A stretch of DNA of 63,998 bases, filler included, from Folioceros fuciformis (taxonomy: Eukaryota), in assembly GCA_049999805.1 (NCBI GenBank). It is 5 parts of 5 records of this genome, joined end to end, with 100 filler letters (N's around TTAATTAATTAA, not from the genome) between each part and the next. Parts side by side here need not be neighbours in the genome. Positions count along the whole stretch, not along the records: positions 47,339 to 58,722 come from JBNGIO010004601.1; positions 58,823 to 63,998 come from JBNGIO010004626.1; 3 more parts are not named here. One strand, written 5' to 3'. The notes under the pieces were generated by a model that saw nothing but the letters and a program-made list of their open reading frames with translations, made no database searches and was not told the origin of the DNA. The position numbers were made by a program, and so were the translations under genes. Of the stretch, positions 52,736-63,998 are shown piece after piece. Each line of letters opens with the position of its first letter. Within the stretch, counting starts at the first letter, position 1.

Positions 52736-54688
52736 GTGCCTTTAAAGCCTACCCTGCCTGCCGCCTTCGTACCACAAAACCCTGGCCTACCAATGTCCTA
52801 CCACGATGATTCCATACACAAAACAACCCAAAAGTTTTTTTACAATCCTTTTAAAACCATCAAAAGGTCTCAACTGAATTGTGGACCACATCTTCTGGCG
52901 AGGATATAATTTTTTTATAAATTCAGAATTCTATTAAACCAGGTACAACACGTATAGGACAAGAACAGTGTTAATTAAAGATTTTTCCTCCAATCAAAAA
53001 TCACATAAGGAATGATGTCATTGAAATTCTCATGCGTGCCTGAACATAGCATATATGTTGACACGGCCTCATTGGTTACCCTGTATATCAAAATTTTATT
53101 TTATGTTTTGATATTATTTTTAAATATGTATTATCAAAGTCTCCAAGTTTATTAGACTTCTTTTCTCCTTTTGAGAGCTACCTAGTCCCCTTCCCCTTTG
53201 GCCTTGGACCCTCCTAAAGTTGTTCCTCCTTATTCTTTTTTAGGTAGATGAAATCTTCATCTTGTAGTGAAGTATTTTTTTTCCTTATAAGTAAATTTTA
53301 TATCTTTGAATAATTATGAAAGGATTTTTTTAAGAATAATGATAATGTAAGATTCATCTCCTTGTTTCTCAAGTTGCTATTTTGAGCAACTAGTTTAAAG
53401 ACATGTGTTTAGGCTTAAGATAGATACTAGACCTTGTCTACTAGATAACTTAAAGATGATTTTTTTTTCAATTAGATTTGTCAACACAACAAAACAAGTT
53501 AAAGACTAGACCTTGTTGTCTAAATAATGCTTTTTGCTCAACATGACCTCCCAACTTTTTGAGTGATACAAGCCACATTCTCTATTGTAATGTAATGAGG
53601 TTTCACCTTTGGACTAAGATCAGTTAGTCCGATGTTAGTCCTTTAGTGTGCATGGCACACTGCTCAATGGAGTCTCTCTTTGGACTTGGACTGACCTTTT
53701 CATAGGCCAATGTTAGTTCTTCACTATCCCATGCACACTACTCATTACAGTCTCTCATTGGAGCGACATTTTCATAGGCCGATGTTAGTCCTTCATTGTC
53801 TCATTGGAGTCTCTCTTTGGACTAATATTTTCATAGGCCGATGTTATCCTTCAAGGCCCCGTGCACACTACTCATTGGAGTTTCTCTTTGGACTGACCTT
53901 TTCGTTGGGCGATATTAGTCCTTCAGACTCCCATGCACATTGCTTATTGGAGTCTCTCTTTGGAATGACCATTTCATAGGCCGATATTAGTCCTTCAGAG
54001 CACCATGCACACTAGTCACTGGAGTTTCTCTTTGGATTGACCTTTTCATAGGCCGATGTTAGTCCTTCAGAGTCCCTTGCACACTGCTCATTAAAGTCTC
54101 TCTTTGGACTGACCTTTTTATAGATTAATGTTAGTCCTTCAGACTCCCATGCACATTGCTCATTGGAGTCTCTCTTTGGACTAACCTTTAATAGGTTGAT
54201 GTTAGTCCTTCAGAGTCCCATGCACACTGCTCATTAGAGTCTCTCTTTGGACTGACCTTTNNNNNNNNNNAGTCCCATGCACACTGCTCATTAGAGTCTC
54301 TCTTTGGACTGACCTTTCATAGGTTGATGTTAGTCCTTCAGAGTCCCATGCACACTGCTCATCGGAGTCTCTCTTTGGACTGACCTTTGTCCTTCAGAGC
54401 CTCATGCATACTGCTCACTAGAGTTTCTCTTTGGACTGACCTTTTCCTTATCTAGATAGAACATATTTCTATTGTAGCTTTCGTCATTACCATATAGGAC
54501 ATAGCTCTCAATCTATGAGAATGTTGTTCAAAGATAGTACATCTACTAAGATTCACAAGTATCCATCATAAATTGATGATTCTCAACTACCTTGATGATT
54601 CTAGCAAAGATATATAGGTTCCTTTTATCAATTGTGTTGTGTTGTACTAGTGTCATAGGTAGGCTTTAAAGGTAGGCTTTAAAGGCAC
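52736..54688. mobile_element. Inverted-repeat-bounded non-coding element
   Basis: Perfect 18-bp inverted pair gtgcctttaaagcctacc (52736-52753) / ggtaggctttaaaggcac (54671-54688); no TSD seen. Confidence 0.5.
53620..54445. repeat. ~72-bp tandem repeat array (~11 copies)
   Basis: Unit gatgttagtccttcagagtcccatgcacactgctcattggagtctctctttggactgaccttttcataggcc; ttagtcc recurs at 53915, 53987, 54059, 54131, 54202. Confidence 0.92.
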
Positions 54689-55576
54689 ATATAGGTTCCA
54701 ATACATATATAGGTTGTGTTATATTGTACTTATGGTATCCCTTGTGTTGTACTTATTGCATGTAAGGAAGGAATGTGGGTAGCTCAACCTATCAAAACAA
54801 TAGTAAAATGCATAATTGCAAGAAAGAAGATTTGAGCAACTTTTGCAACGATTTTTTCTTAGCTTTTCCACAGCTCACTCCCCTCCAATCCTCCTATTCT
54901 TTGGCATCTTCTTGTAGGAGGGCATCCCCATCTTCCTTTGCACTCTCCACCTCAATAAGAACATAGGCCAAATTCGCTTACCAAGAGGTTGAACTACCTC
55001 CATTATGTGATGTACGAATGCTAGTAAGAGGTTCCAAGTTCTCCAAGTTCCTCCTAATCCTTGGTACAGAAACTCTTAGTTGCTCCTAGTGCTATATATA
55101 GTGTATGCCTCATTTTATCAACTAGTAGTAGACATTGTGGTCAGCCTCAGCAGGAAACAACTCAAGGGCTACTTACATTGAATATTGGAACACCTCCGTC
55201 CATTGTGTAGTCCACGGAATGATCTTTTGAAAGGAAGTGGAGCTCCGTCCGTTAAAAGTAGGGTTCCTCCTTACTTTTAACGAATGGAGCTTTCTATATG
55301 TCAGAGCGGCTTTCCCGTAACAGCTGACAGATGTATTTTTTTTAAGCACTCGAGATATATCTCGAGTACATGTGACCACCGACTCATCTTCTTCCTTCGC
55401 TGTTCGAGGGGGATGGTTCCTTCGCTCTTCGTTGTTTGTGCTGGACAGTGTTCTTGAAGTTGCCGAATCTGTTTCTCATGGATTCGCTGTCCCAATACAG
55501 CATGTTGGCAACGCAACTAGCACTTGTCCCAAGCGCATCAAGGTTACAAGTTTCAACAATTCATAGGCTTCAAAAC

Positions 55577-56430
55577 CAGAATGTGGCTACATGGACAGGA
55601 GATAGCACTTATGCTCTCATCTCGGCGTATGAGGAGGTGTATGTTAACCATCTTCACAAAGGGAACCTTGCCTCCCACCACTGGGATGCTATTGCACTCA
55701 AGATTTCATCCTTTTGCATGGGATTTGTGCCAACAGGTCTGCAATGTCACAACAAAATGGACTCCCTCAAGAAGCAATATAAGCAAGAGACCAAAAAGCT
55801 TGGCACAGGAGTGTATGCTTCTGAGTGGGCTTTTTAGGAAGCCTTGCATTCCTTCATGTCAGACAATCCAAAGGTGGTTGAAATGCCTAACTCACATGAC
55901 CTAGACTTTGTGGATTTAATTGAAACGCATGTTTGTGAAGATGTGGCATCTGGGATGTCTGAAGGTGTGTGTGAGTCATCACACACTCACAACCCACCAG
56001 CAAGCTCCCCTCCTGCCTCTTCTCCTCCTCCTACATTCCCACCCCTACAACTCCTGTTAGGGGCCCTACTTCTCCTTCTACATCCAAGAACAATCACTCT
56101 TGTGATTCATCTTTCACTCAAGTGACAAAGCTCAAAGGTGTTACTGCGAAGAAGGTCTCCAAGCAAGCCAAAAGGAAGCTCTCAAGTGCTGGGATATACA
56201 AGACAACTAAATCAATCAATAGCTTTGCAAAGGTGTGGGCAAGAGTTGAAGCTGTGAAGCAAGAGAACCTCCAAAGTATGGAGAGAGCAAGGTTGGAGAG
56301 CCTTCAAAACATGGAGAAAACAAGGTTAGAGCAGAGCATGAAGGTTGTTGAACTCCAACAATGCACGCAAACAGAGTTGGCCAAGCTCTTGGTACAAGCA
56401 TCCAAGCGCCCAAGGCAGGAGGAGGAGTGA
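55577..56430 (+). pseudogene. Myb/SANT-like (trihelix/MADF) DNA-binding ORF of a PIF/Harbinger transposon, degenerate
   Basis: WTGDSTYALI...HWDAIA...QCHNKMDSLKKQYK...SEWAF* followed by a coiled-coil tail; stop at 55835 and a frameshift. Confidence 0.8.
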
Positions 56431-56499
56431 TACATCAAGGGGTTCCAGCACTTGTCATAGTTTATGGTTTGTGCTAGCTATAATATTGTAAGGTTTCAC

Positions 56500-57465
56500 C
56501 ATAACTCCAAGTGCCATTCAGTCCTAAAATACAACTCACCTTGAAAAGAGCTACATACCATTATAATCCACTCATTGATCTCTACAAGCTTATGTTTTCA
56601 CATTTTCATTTGAATGAAAGATGACCTTTGAAACAGCTTCAAAATTGCAGACTTCCACATTGTTTCTTAAGTTTTGAGCAGACCTTGAAGTGCCATTCAG
56701 TCCCAACATACGATTAATCTCGAAAGGAGCTATATACCATTAAAATCCTCTCATTGTGCTCTACAATTTTGTGTTGTCAGTTTTTGATTCGGATGATCAA
56801 TGATGTCTGAAACAGCTCTGAAATTGCAGTCTTCCAAATAGTTTTTTAAGTTCTTAGCAAAAATTCAAGTGCCATTCAATCCCAACGTACGATTAATCTC
56901 AAAACGAGCTATATACCATTAGAATTCTCTCATTGTGCTCTACANNNNNNNNNNNNNNNNNNNNNNNNNNNNNNNNNNNNNNNNNNNNNNNNNNNNNNNN
57001 NNNNNNNNNNNNNNNNNNNNNNNNNNNNNNNNNNNNNNNNNNNNGCTATATACCATTAGAATTCTCTCATTGTGCTCTACAAGTTTGTGTTGTCATTTTT
57101 TCATTCGAATGATCGATGACGTCTAAAACAGCTTTGAAATTGCAAACTTCCATATAGTTTTTTAAGTTCTAAGAAAAAATTCCAGTGTCATTCAGCCCCA
57201 ACTTACGGTAACTCTCAAAATGAGCTGTATACCATTAGAATTCTCTCATTAAGCTCTACAAGCTTGTGGTGTCAGTTTTCATTGGAATGAACGATGACGT
57301 GTGAAACAGCTCCGAAATTGCAAACTTCTAAGTGAATAAGTCAGCAAATGCGTTTGTTGTTTTTGAAAGAAGTCTCTTATTAAAATCCAAAAGTGAGAAT
57401 ACGATCTTGCACAGGTAGACAAGCTGATTCTAATGGTATATAGCTCATTTCAAGATTAACCGTTG
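56500..57465. repeat. ~179-bp tandem satellite between the two Harbinger ORFs, with an inverted partial copy
   Basis: aagtgccattca recurs at ~56508, 56687, 56866 and (after a gap) ~57183; 57428-57465 is the reverse complement of the unit core (gagctatataccattagaat). Confidence 0.88.
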
Positions 57466-57503
57466 TGCAACAAAGTACATCACTCAAGCACATAAATGCA
57501 ACA

Positions 57504-58430
57504 CTATTGTTCTTGTCTTTGTCTACGCCAATGCTTGACTAAGGCATTGTGTTGAACCAGTGTAATACTCTTCACAGCCTCTTCCTCCACACTTGTCAAG
57601 ATTATAGGAACATTATGTGGTAGAGGATACTCATCCACCCCTGGTTCCGAAGGTTTTAACTCACTAGCCACAATGCAAAAGTTGTGCAAAACACAACAAG
57701 CAGCCACTGTCTTCGCAACATATTTCACGTGGACGTTGAGGTTCTTCAATATTCTCCACCTGTTCTTTAATAAGGAGAAAGCATTCTCAATGACAAATCT
57801 TCCAGAAGAAAAGGAAGAGTTGAATGCTTTCAACTCATTCGTAAGCATTGTGAAGCCTTTCATAAGAAAAGGTCTCAAAGGATACGCAGAGTCACCAATG
57901 ATGTAAGGAGGTACTAGAACTCCCTCCACTTCAATGATTGGCCCTACAAATATCCCTCTAGTGATAAGGCGTTGCCATAAGCTACTATTCTGAAGAATGC
58001 CAGCATCATTTGAACCTCTTGGACTATTAGCACATATATCAATGAACATCTTCTGGTTGTCACATATGGCTTGCACAAACCATGCAATGCATATTGTATC
58101 ATTTGCAATGATAAGCTGCTGGAGTGTATTGCTCCGCTGGATTGGTGGCAAACTTGATAAGAGATCCATCTATAGCACCAATAATATTAGGCAATAGGGT
58201 CCGGCGCTCAAATGCTGTTGATATGTCTACCTGTTGACGAACTGATGGAATGGTGATAAATGAAGAATATAGCTTGGCAGGGTCACTTTAGATGGAAACA
58301 ATGAGTTTAGTATACTCAATAACTGTGGCATCACCAACACCATATTTCAAAGCAACGGTGAGGGAAGGTAGACCCCTGCCAGCCTATGCAGCACTAGAGC
58401 AATAGCTTTATCATATGGTATAGATGTTTG
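57504..58430 (-). pseudogene. PIF/Harbinger (HARBI1-like) DDE transposase, degenerate
   Basis: IIGAIDGS, VQAICD, GSNDAGIL, IIGDSAYPL, RFVIENAFSLLKNRWRIL, ACCVLHNF; frameshifts upstream. Confidence 0.9.
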
Positions 58431-58722
58431 TGAACGAAAAAAACTTTCGGAACCCCCATTTTGAGCGGCGGAATGAGCATGTTGTGATTTTTTTTGTGAA
58501 GGGACAGACGAATCAGCTTAGGAGGTAAATAAGACCAGGGTGTTTATGCCCAAAGTCCCTCTTGGGCTTCGGGGTTGGGATGTACTAGAGACCGGGACAA
58601 GGAGGAGGAATGAGCGAGTGCCTCCTTGCCTCTCGGGTCATTGAGAACATTAAGGACCAGGTCTGTAGGTAGGTGAGTGGGGCATGTCCTTGGCCTTTGG
58701 TGGTCCGGGGCCCCTTAGGTCT

Positions 58723-58822
58723 NNNNNNNNNNNNNNNNNNNNNNNNNNNNNNNNNNNNNNNNNNNNTTAATTAATTAANNNNNNNNNNNNNNNNNNNNNN
58801 NNNNNNNNNNNNNNNNNNNNNN
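58723..58822. other. Artificial contig-joining spacer
   Basis: 44 N + TTAATTAATTAA + 44 N. Confidence 0.97.
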
Positions 58823-58823
58823 G

Positions 58824-59108
58824 GGGTATGAGATAGCGTCTAAGGTCGCCACTGAGCACTTGAATCACAGCGCGCCCAAGTCTGACTTCAGTGCAGATAA
58901 TGCTGAGCCTCTCGTTTAGACGTACATGACGACGCTATCTTCCGAGATAGTGGGTAGGTGCAAACGGATGCTGGCGGAAATTGCAGTGGAAGCTGTGCTT
59001 GCTGCGGCGGATTTGGAGAGACGTGATGTCAACCTCGACTTGATTAAGGTTGAGGGCTAGAGGATGCAAAGACTGCCCTTCTGACCTACCCATTCGAACC
59101 ACCGAAGC
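58824..59108 (+). pseudogene. CCT5: Fragment of chaperonin CCT epsilon (TCP-1 epsilon), disabled
   Basis: GYEIASKVATEHL...[50 protein letters not shown], then jumps to EDAKTALLTYPFEPPK; stop codon and internal deletion. Confidence 0.85.
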
Positions 59109-62092
59109 ATCCCCAATAGAGTTGGGTAGTTAGGATAGACGTGGTAGGAGGGGTGGTTTAAGCGTTTAAAGACGCTGTTTAATGCGCTTAAGCGCTGTAG
59201 CAGGTGAGGGACCATCAATGGCGGCCTACCCGATCAACCACCCCAACCGACAGTAGCCAGGAACTCTATAAGAGTCATAGGGCTCAAGAGATAAAGTGGT
59301 TGGTCTTCGTTTCTTACCAAGCCTGAGCACACTTGTTCGTGTTCCAACAAGTGCGCTCCTGCCGGCTGCGTCGTCTGCAGTCCCTGGTAGCTTGGTGGAG
59401 ATCGTGACGACCCAGACGCCGGGGTGTGAGGTGCCGTGTTTGGCACGCACACTCGTGGGTGTCCTACTGGAGTGAGTCGCCGACAGCAGAGGCGCGTTTG
59501 GCAAGCAGGAGGTGTATTCAGGTTAGTGAGGGTCGTGGTAGAAGAAAGGTACGAATAGAGTCGCACACACACAACTAGGACAGGCCCTCCTTCGAGGGAA
59601 CGAAACCTGCTAGACTACACGACAGCGGGATAGGTGTGGCCGCTAGAGGGAAGCCCCTGGATGTCCCCGGATTCTTTCCACCACAGAAGGTCGTTGTAGT
59701 GTTGCAAGGCACCAAGAGTGCTCAAGGCCTGGCCAGGAGCCTGAGGCAGTGTTTCCTCAAATCCACCCTAATTGGTGTGTGTGTTTCTAACGTGGTGCTG
59801 GCAGGATCTGACGGGGGAGGGTTGCAACCTAGTTGTAGCTTCCTCCTGCAAGTTCTAACTTGTGGTTTCCAGTACCTGGAGTGAGGGGGCTGTAGGCAGT
59901 ACCAGCTACAGCAGTTGAGAGTGTGAAGATCTGTTCATAGGTCGGCAGTAGTGACCTGAACCGTTGGCAAGGTAGGAGTGACAGTCCTGACCTATTTGCA
60001 GCTGGTAGGTCTGTCAGAAGTTGAGTAGTATCTCTAATCGAAGTTAGCAAGGTCAAAAGAGATTTGAATGGAAGTTGGTTGTGAGACGTGAGAAGTCTGA
60101 AGTGGGAGGTTGTGTGGTCAAGTCTAGGGTGACAGACCCGATCTGTCTGCAGCTAGACGAGTCCTGACTAAGGGTTGCAAGGTTAGGAGTAGAGGGTCAG
60201 CAATTGGATGTAAGAGTCGTGAAGTTGTGGAGTTAGGAGAAGTCATCTCATACACTACAGATTGGGAACACAAGCCACTCTTTGGTGGGATCGAAACCCA
60301 TTCTATACTAACAACAGTGGGATAAGTGTGGCCACTATAGGAAGGAGCTTAGGGAGCCCCAATCCCCGAGATCCGGCCGCCATAGTCGTTATCCTTGAGG
60401 ATGGGGTTGATGCAATTTGAAGACTTGGAGTCCTCTTTGTCTGCATTCAGATGCTACGAAGTCTCAAAAATACCAGCCCACCTCACCCTATAGCTTTGCA
60501 AAGCCTGCTTCATGTCAGTTGGCGGTGATGGCCGTGCCACAAGGCGCGTTTCTGTAGGTGTTCCCTCCCTCCTGGTCCGCTTCTTGCTGGGGCGACCCTC
60601 GTAGGTTTCCTGATGCTCCCCGCTGCTGGTTGTCATCTTGATGTGCGTGGAGATGCATGCCTTTATTGCACATCCTCATGGCAACCGTCATTTGTAGTGG
60701 AAGTTGGTGTCGTGTGGTCATCGTCTTCACAATGAGAATGCGCTGGTCAATTCCACTCTAGTAGAGTAGTTGGGAAGTAATGGCGGATTCCTTATCCGTG
60801 GTACACTGCTCGTTGTGGTTTAAGAGGGAGTGTGAAAGTGTCTAAAAATAAACCCCAACTTGCTAGGAAGACCAATGGGTGTGTCTTTTCACTCCTAGGT
60901 CTAAGTTATTGTATTTAAGCCTAGATACACTTATTATTAAGGATGATACTACAAATAGTACATATATAGTTGTACTTATATTGAACACATAATAAAGGTA
61001 ATTTATAAGTAACACAATTGAGATGTATCATTGATGCATTATTATATTTTGTCACATTGATCATAGCTACTTGTATTAGCTCTATCTTTCATATCCCCTC
61101 AGCTTTGATCTCCAGCAGCCTCAACCTTGCAATGTCTCGATTCTTGCTCACAAGTCGGCCACTAGCGCTGCGATCAGCCTCCTCCAACTTCTGGTCTTGA
61201 TTCATAGCTTAGGCTCCTACTCCTTAGTCAATCTAGCAACCACCGTCTTTGGCTCTCTTTCCAAATTGTTGATCTCCCCATGCCTTGCGGTGCTGTGCAC
61301 TAGCCCACGTACTAACATCCTTCTATTGCTCACTCCCAAAATGCACCTATGTGCCAAACACAACTCGCCTGCCACATCCAGACCAGGTTCCCGCTCCTAG
61401 GCAACGTTCAAACTATGATTTAATCATTTTCCATTATTTAATTATTAATATGATATAAACTAATATAATTAACATTATTGCCAATCCAAATACTAAACCC
61501 AAATCCGGACCTTCCCGACTCTATGGTCTAGTACCAAAGTTAAACTTCTCCAGGCCTGGTACCAAACCTACACCCACTCTAATAACTACACTAACTATTT
61601 GCTGGTAAATTAACCTAATTAGAACATGGAAAAATGACCAAAAAATAGAGGAAAATCAGGAAAAATAAGGAGAAAAAAGGAAATAAGGACCACTGTTAAC
61701 CATTTTTTAACTAGAACAAACCATTGCTCCAAACTTTGGAGGTTCAAAGTGACTACCATCCAATGCTTACATAAATAGAACTTGATCACCATTGAGCAAA
61801 AATGATCCAGTCACTTAATCAGTTATATGAAAACCATTTTCATCCGTTGAGGAAGTTAGTCACCCTTCAGTGAAGCCTCATCTTTGTTCTTCTCGTTGAT
61901 GACTCTATAGACTTAATGCATTCCGATAACAGTTTGAATAGGAAGATGGGATAGCTAATCTATCTTTCTTGTTTTATGAGTTAGATTTTGATACGTACTC
62001 ACCTTTCGACTTCTCCTTAGGTTGCGCACACTAGGTTGCTTTTGCAGGCAAAGTCACTATACAAACTAGTGAGTAACTCTATCCTAGCAAGT

Positions 62093-62645
62093 ATGTCAAG
62101 TGGTATTCTTGCACCTAATCCACCAAACCCTTATAGTATTTTTCCTATTAAAATAGAGTTTGGGGACAAAGATAGGATTAATGGTATTGATTATGGTATT
62201 TGGTCCATGAGGCAAACGCAGATTTTTTAAGAAAATGAGTTGATGGGTGGTGTAGACAACCTTGAAGTTTGTTTTGTATCCCTACCAAATCTCCTAACTT
62301 GGTAGCGAAAGGATAGGAGGGCCTAATCAATCTTGATCACCTCTTTAGATAGAACTAAGATGCCCCACACCATAGGTGCAGCCACTTTGAATGCTATGTG
62401 GAAGGCATTTAAACTTATTTATGAAGACAAGAGCTATACTTCCATGGTGCACGCATATCGTGTTTTCTTCAACTTGAAGATGAAGGACAATGAACCTATT
62501 GAAGGATACATACACAAGTTTCTAAATCTGACGGCTGACTTGACTTGTTCTAGCACTGCGTTAATAGAGGTTCGGGCTCCTATTAGCCTTCTTGCTTCTT
62601 TGCCAGACACCTATAGCTAGTTGATCACTTCTCAAATTGCAACTA
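62093..62645 (+). mobile_element. Degenerate Copia gag (UBN2-like) fragment
   Basis: EFGDKDRINGIDYGIWS..., AMWKAFKLIYE, FFNLKMKDNEPIEGYIHKF, LLASLPDTYS; resembles the gag at 33598; PPT-like aagagggag+TG at 60821-60832 upstream. Confidence 0.75.
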
Positions 62646-63998
62646 TAAGAGCAGCAGCTCAAGCCGCAACTGCTGGCACTTGTTAGCCCCAAAAATAACA
62701 ACTAGAGTAGCCCTCCGTTGGACCATTGGATTCATTACCGGAGCATATGGGGTATTTGCCCTTTTTTTTCAGGTTATAAAGGTTTTTTCCGGTAAACCCG
62801 AGTTCTTTGGAGTAGAATGCATGCCATACCTCTAGGGACCACTTGACGAATGGATTAACACATACCACGTTCCACTTAGATCTAGCGTTCTTGTCATCAT
62901 GGGGAGAAGTGGGTGTAACTATTTCTGGACAGTTGCAGGCAGACAAGTGATGGCTAGCATAAACTTTTATTCTAGCTTATGTTGACCTTTACGCTCCAAC
63001 GCCTTCCCTCTCCCTCCTGCCACTTTGTATGAGCCTCATTCCAACGCGCTACCTCTCCTCCATCTCCTCGCCTCCCTCACCTCTGCCTACTTCTCTCCCG
63101 CGACAACAAACCGGCTTGTTGCTGCTCCATCATGCTTCTGTTTGCACGCTCCTCTTCCTCAATCTTCTCCCTCAAAATTCCCTTCCATCCCTCATGGCGC
63201 TAGGGCAGTTCCTCAAAGCGGGTAGCGTGTGGCAGATCAACGAGGACCAAATCCATATGCAAGCCTATCCAAACTTTTTGCCATGAATAGCTACTTTGTG
63301 GGATTTGATGGAGTAGTGGGAGTTGGGGATTTTCTAGTTCCTATGGGGCATCAAGTCCACGGGCAGCCATCCAAGAATTCAATAGGAGGCTGAGGCACTG
63401 TGTGTGGGGCAAACTCGAGTCTTTGAAGATATGGGACAACCCCACCCTCCGGACCACCCGGATGATGAGGGAGGTCAACTCCCAACAAAGTAAGGCGTAG
63501 GTGAAGGAGGCTACAGCAATGCTCCTAACAAACAGTTCCTTCAAGACCACCAACAGGCGGTTAATCCACAACATCGAGGACCTCTGGATTTAGGGAGTAG
63601 CATGCCTCATAGTGAATTGGCTACTAGTCACCAAGATGGACCATGTAGCAAATGGAGTCATGTTGCTCCTCTACGGTCTAGCTTAAGGGACCTCGATGGA
63701 CTAGGGGAAGGTTGTGGCACATCATATTCAATTTGATGTTAGGAAACTCAGGCATGAGAAACCACCCGCCTCAGGCCTTTCCCCCTTTTTATTGCATATC
63801 TTGGGACACTATAAGGTCCTTACAGATTTGGAGAAGGCAGCGGTTTCCCGGCTACCCCCTTCTCCGACACCGTCTTCTGCTGCTAGTCCGACACTAGTTC
63901 CAAGGAAGAAGACTACTGTGAACCTCCAAAGTTTGGGGTAGTAGTTTGTTTTGGTTGAAAAAGGGTTAATAGTGGTATGGTTTGGTTTTCTTTTTCAA

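Noticed and set aside
53620-54445. CRISPR-like appearance of regular repeats
   Set aside because: Units are contiguous tandem copies without unique spacers, in a eukaryotic context, with no cas genes.
59200-60800. Repeat-like region with short ORFs and small palindromes
   Set aside because: Could not define termini, TSDs or protein motifs.

Overview
Eukaryotic nuclear DNA from a land plant with compact genes and mostly ~70-130 nt introns. A hornwort/bryophyte-like genome is my inference, not proven. The window is not contiguous: four artificial 100-nt spacers (N44-TTAATTAATTAA-N44) join five segments (1-27136, 27237-36842, 36943-47238, 47339-58722, 58823-63998). Host genes: NDUFS6, plastid CBSX1/2-like, MYB80-type R2R3-MYB, CMP-sialic-acid-transporter-like nucleotide-sugar transporter, VAN3/AGD-type ARF-GAP, 5' part of NAT10, a CXE11/16-like carboxylesterase, a Sec14/CRAL-TRIO protein and a tail-anchored coiled-coil protein. 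The rest is degraded transposons: Copia, Gypsy, an RLE-type non-LTR fragment, PIF/Harbinger with an internal ~179-bp satellite, and a CCT5 pseudogene fragment. Most striking is a Ty3/Gypsy LTR retrotransposon relic (minus strand, ~43.4-47.2 kb) with a complete DNMT3-like cytosine-5 methyltransferase domain directly upstream of RT and a PHD finger after the integrase, i.e. its own DNA-methylation writer and a probable histone reader. Next most interesting are the carboxylesterase lacking its catalytic serine and oxyanion-hole glycines (candidate pseudoenzyme/receptor) and a miR535-complementary site upstream of the MYB80 start.
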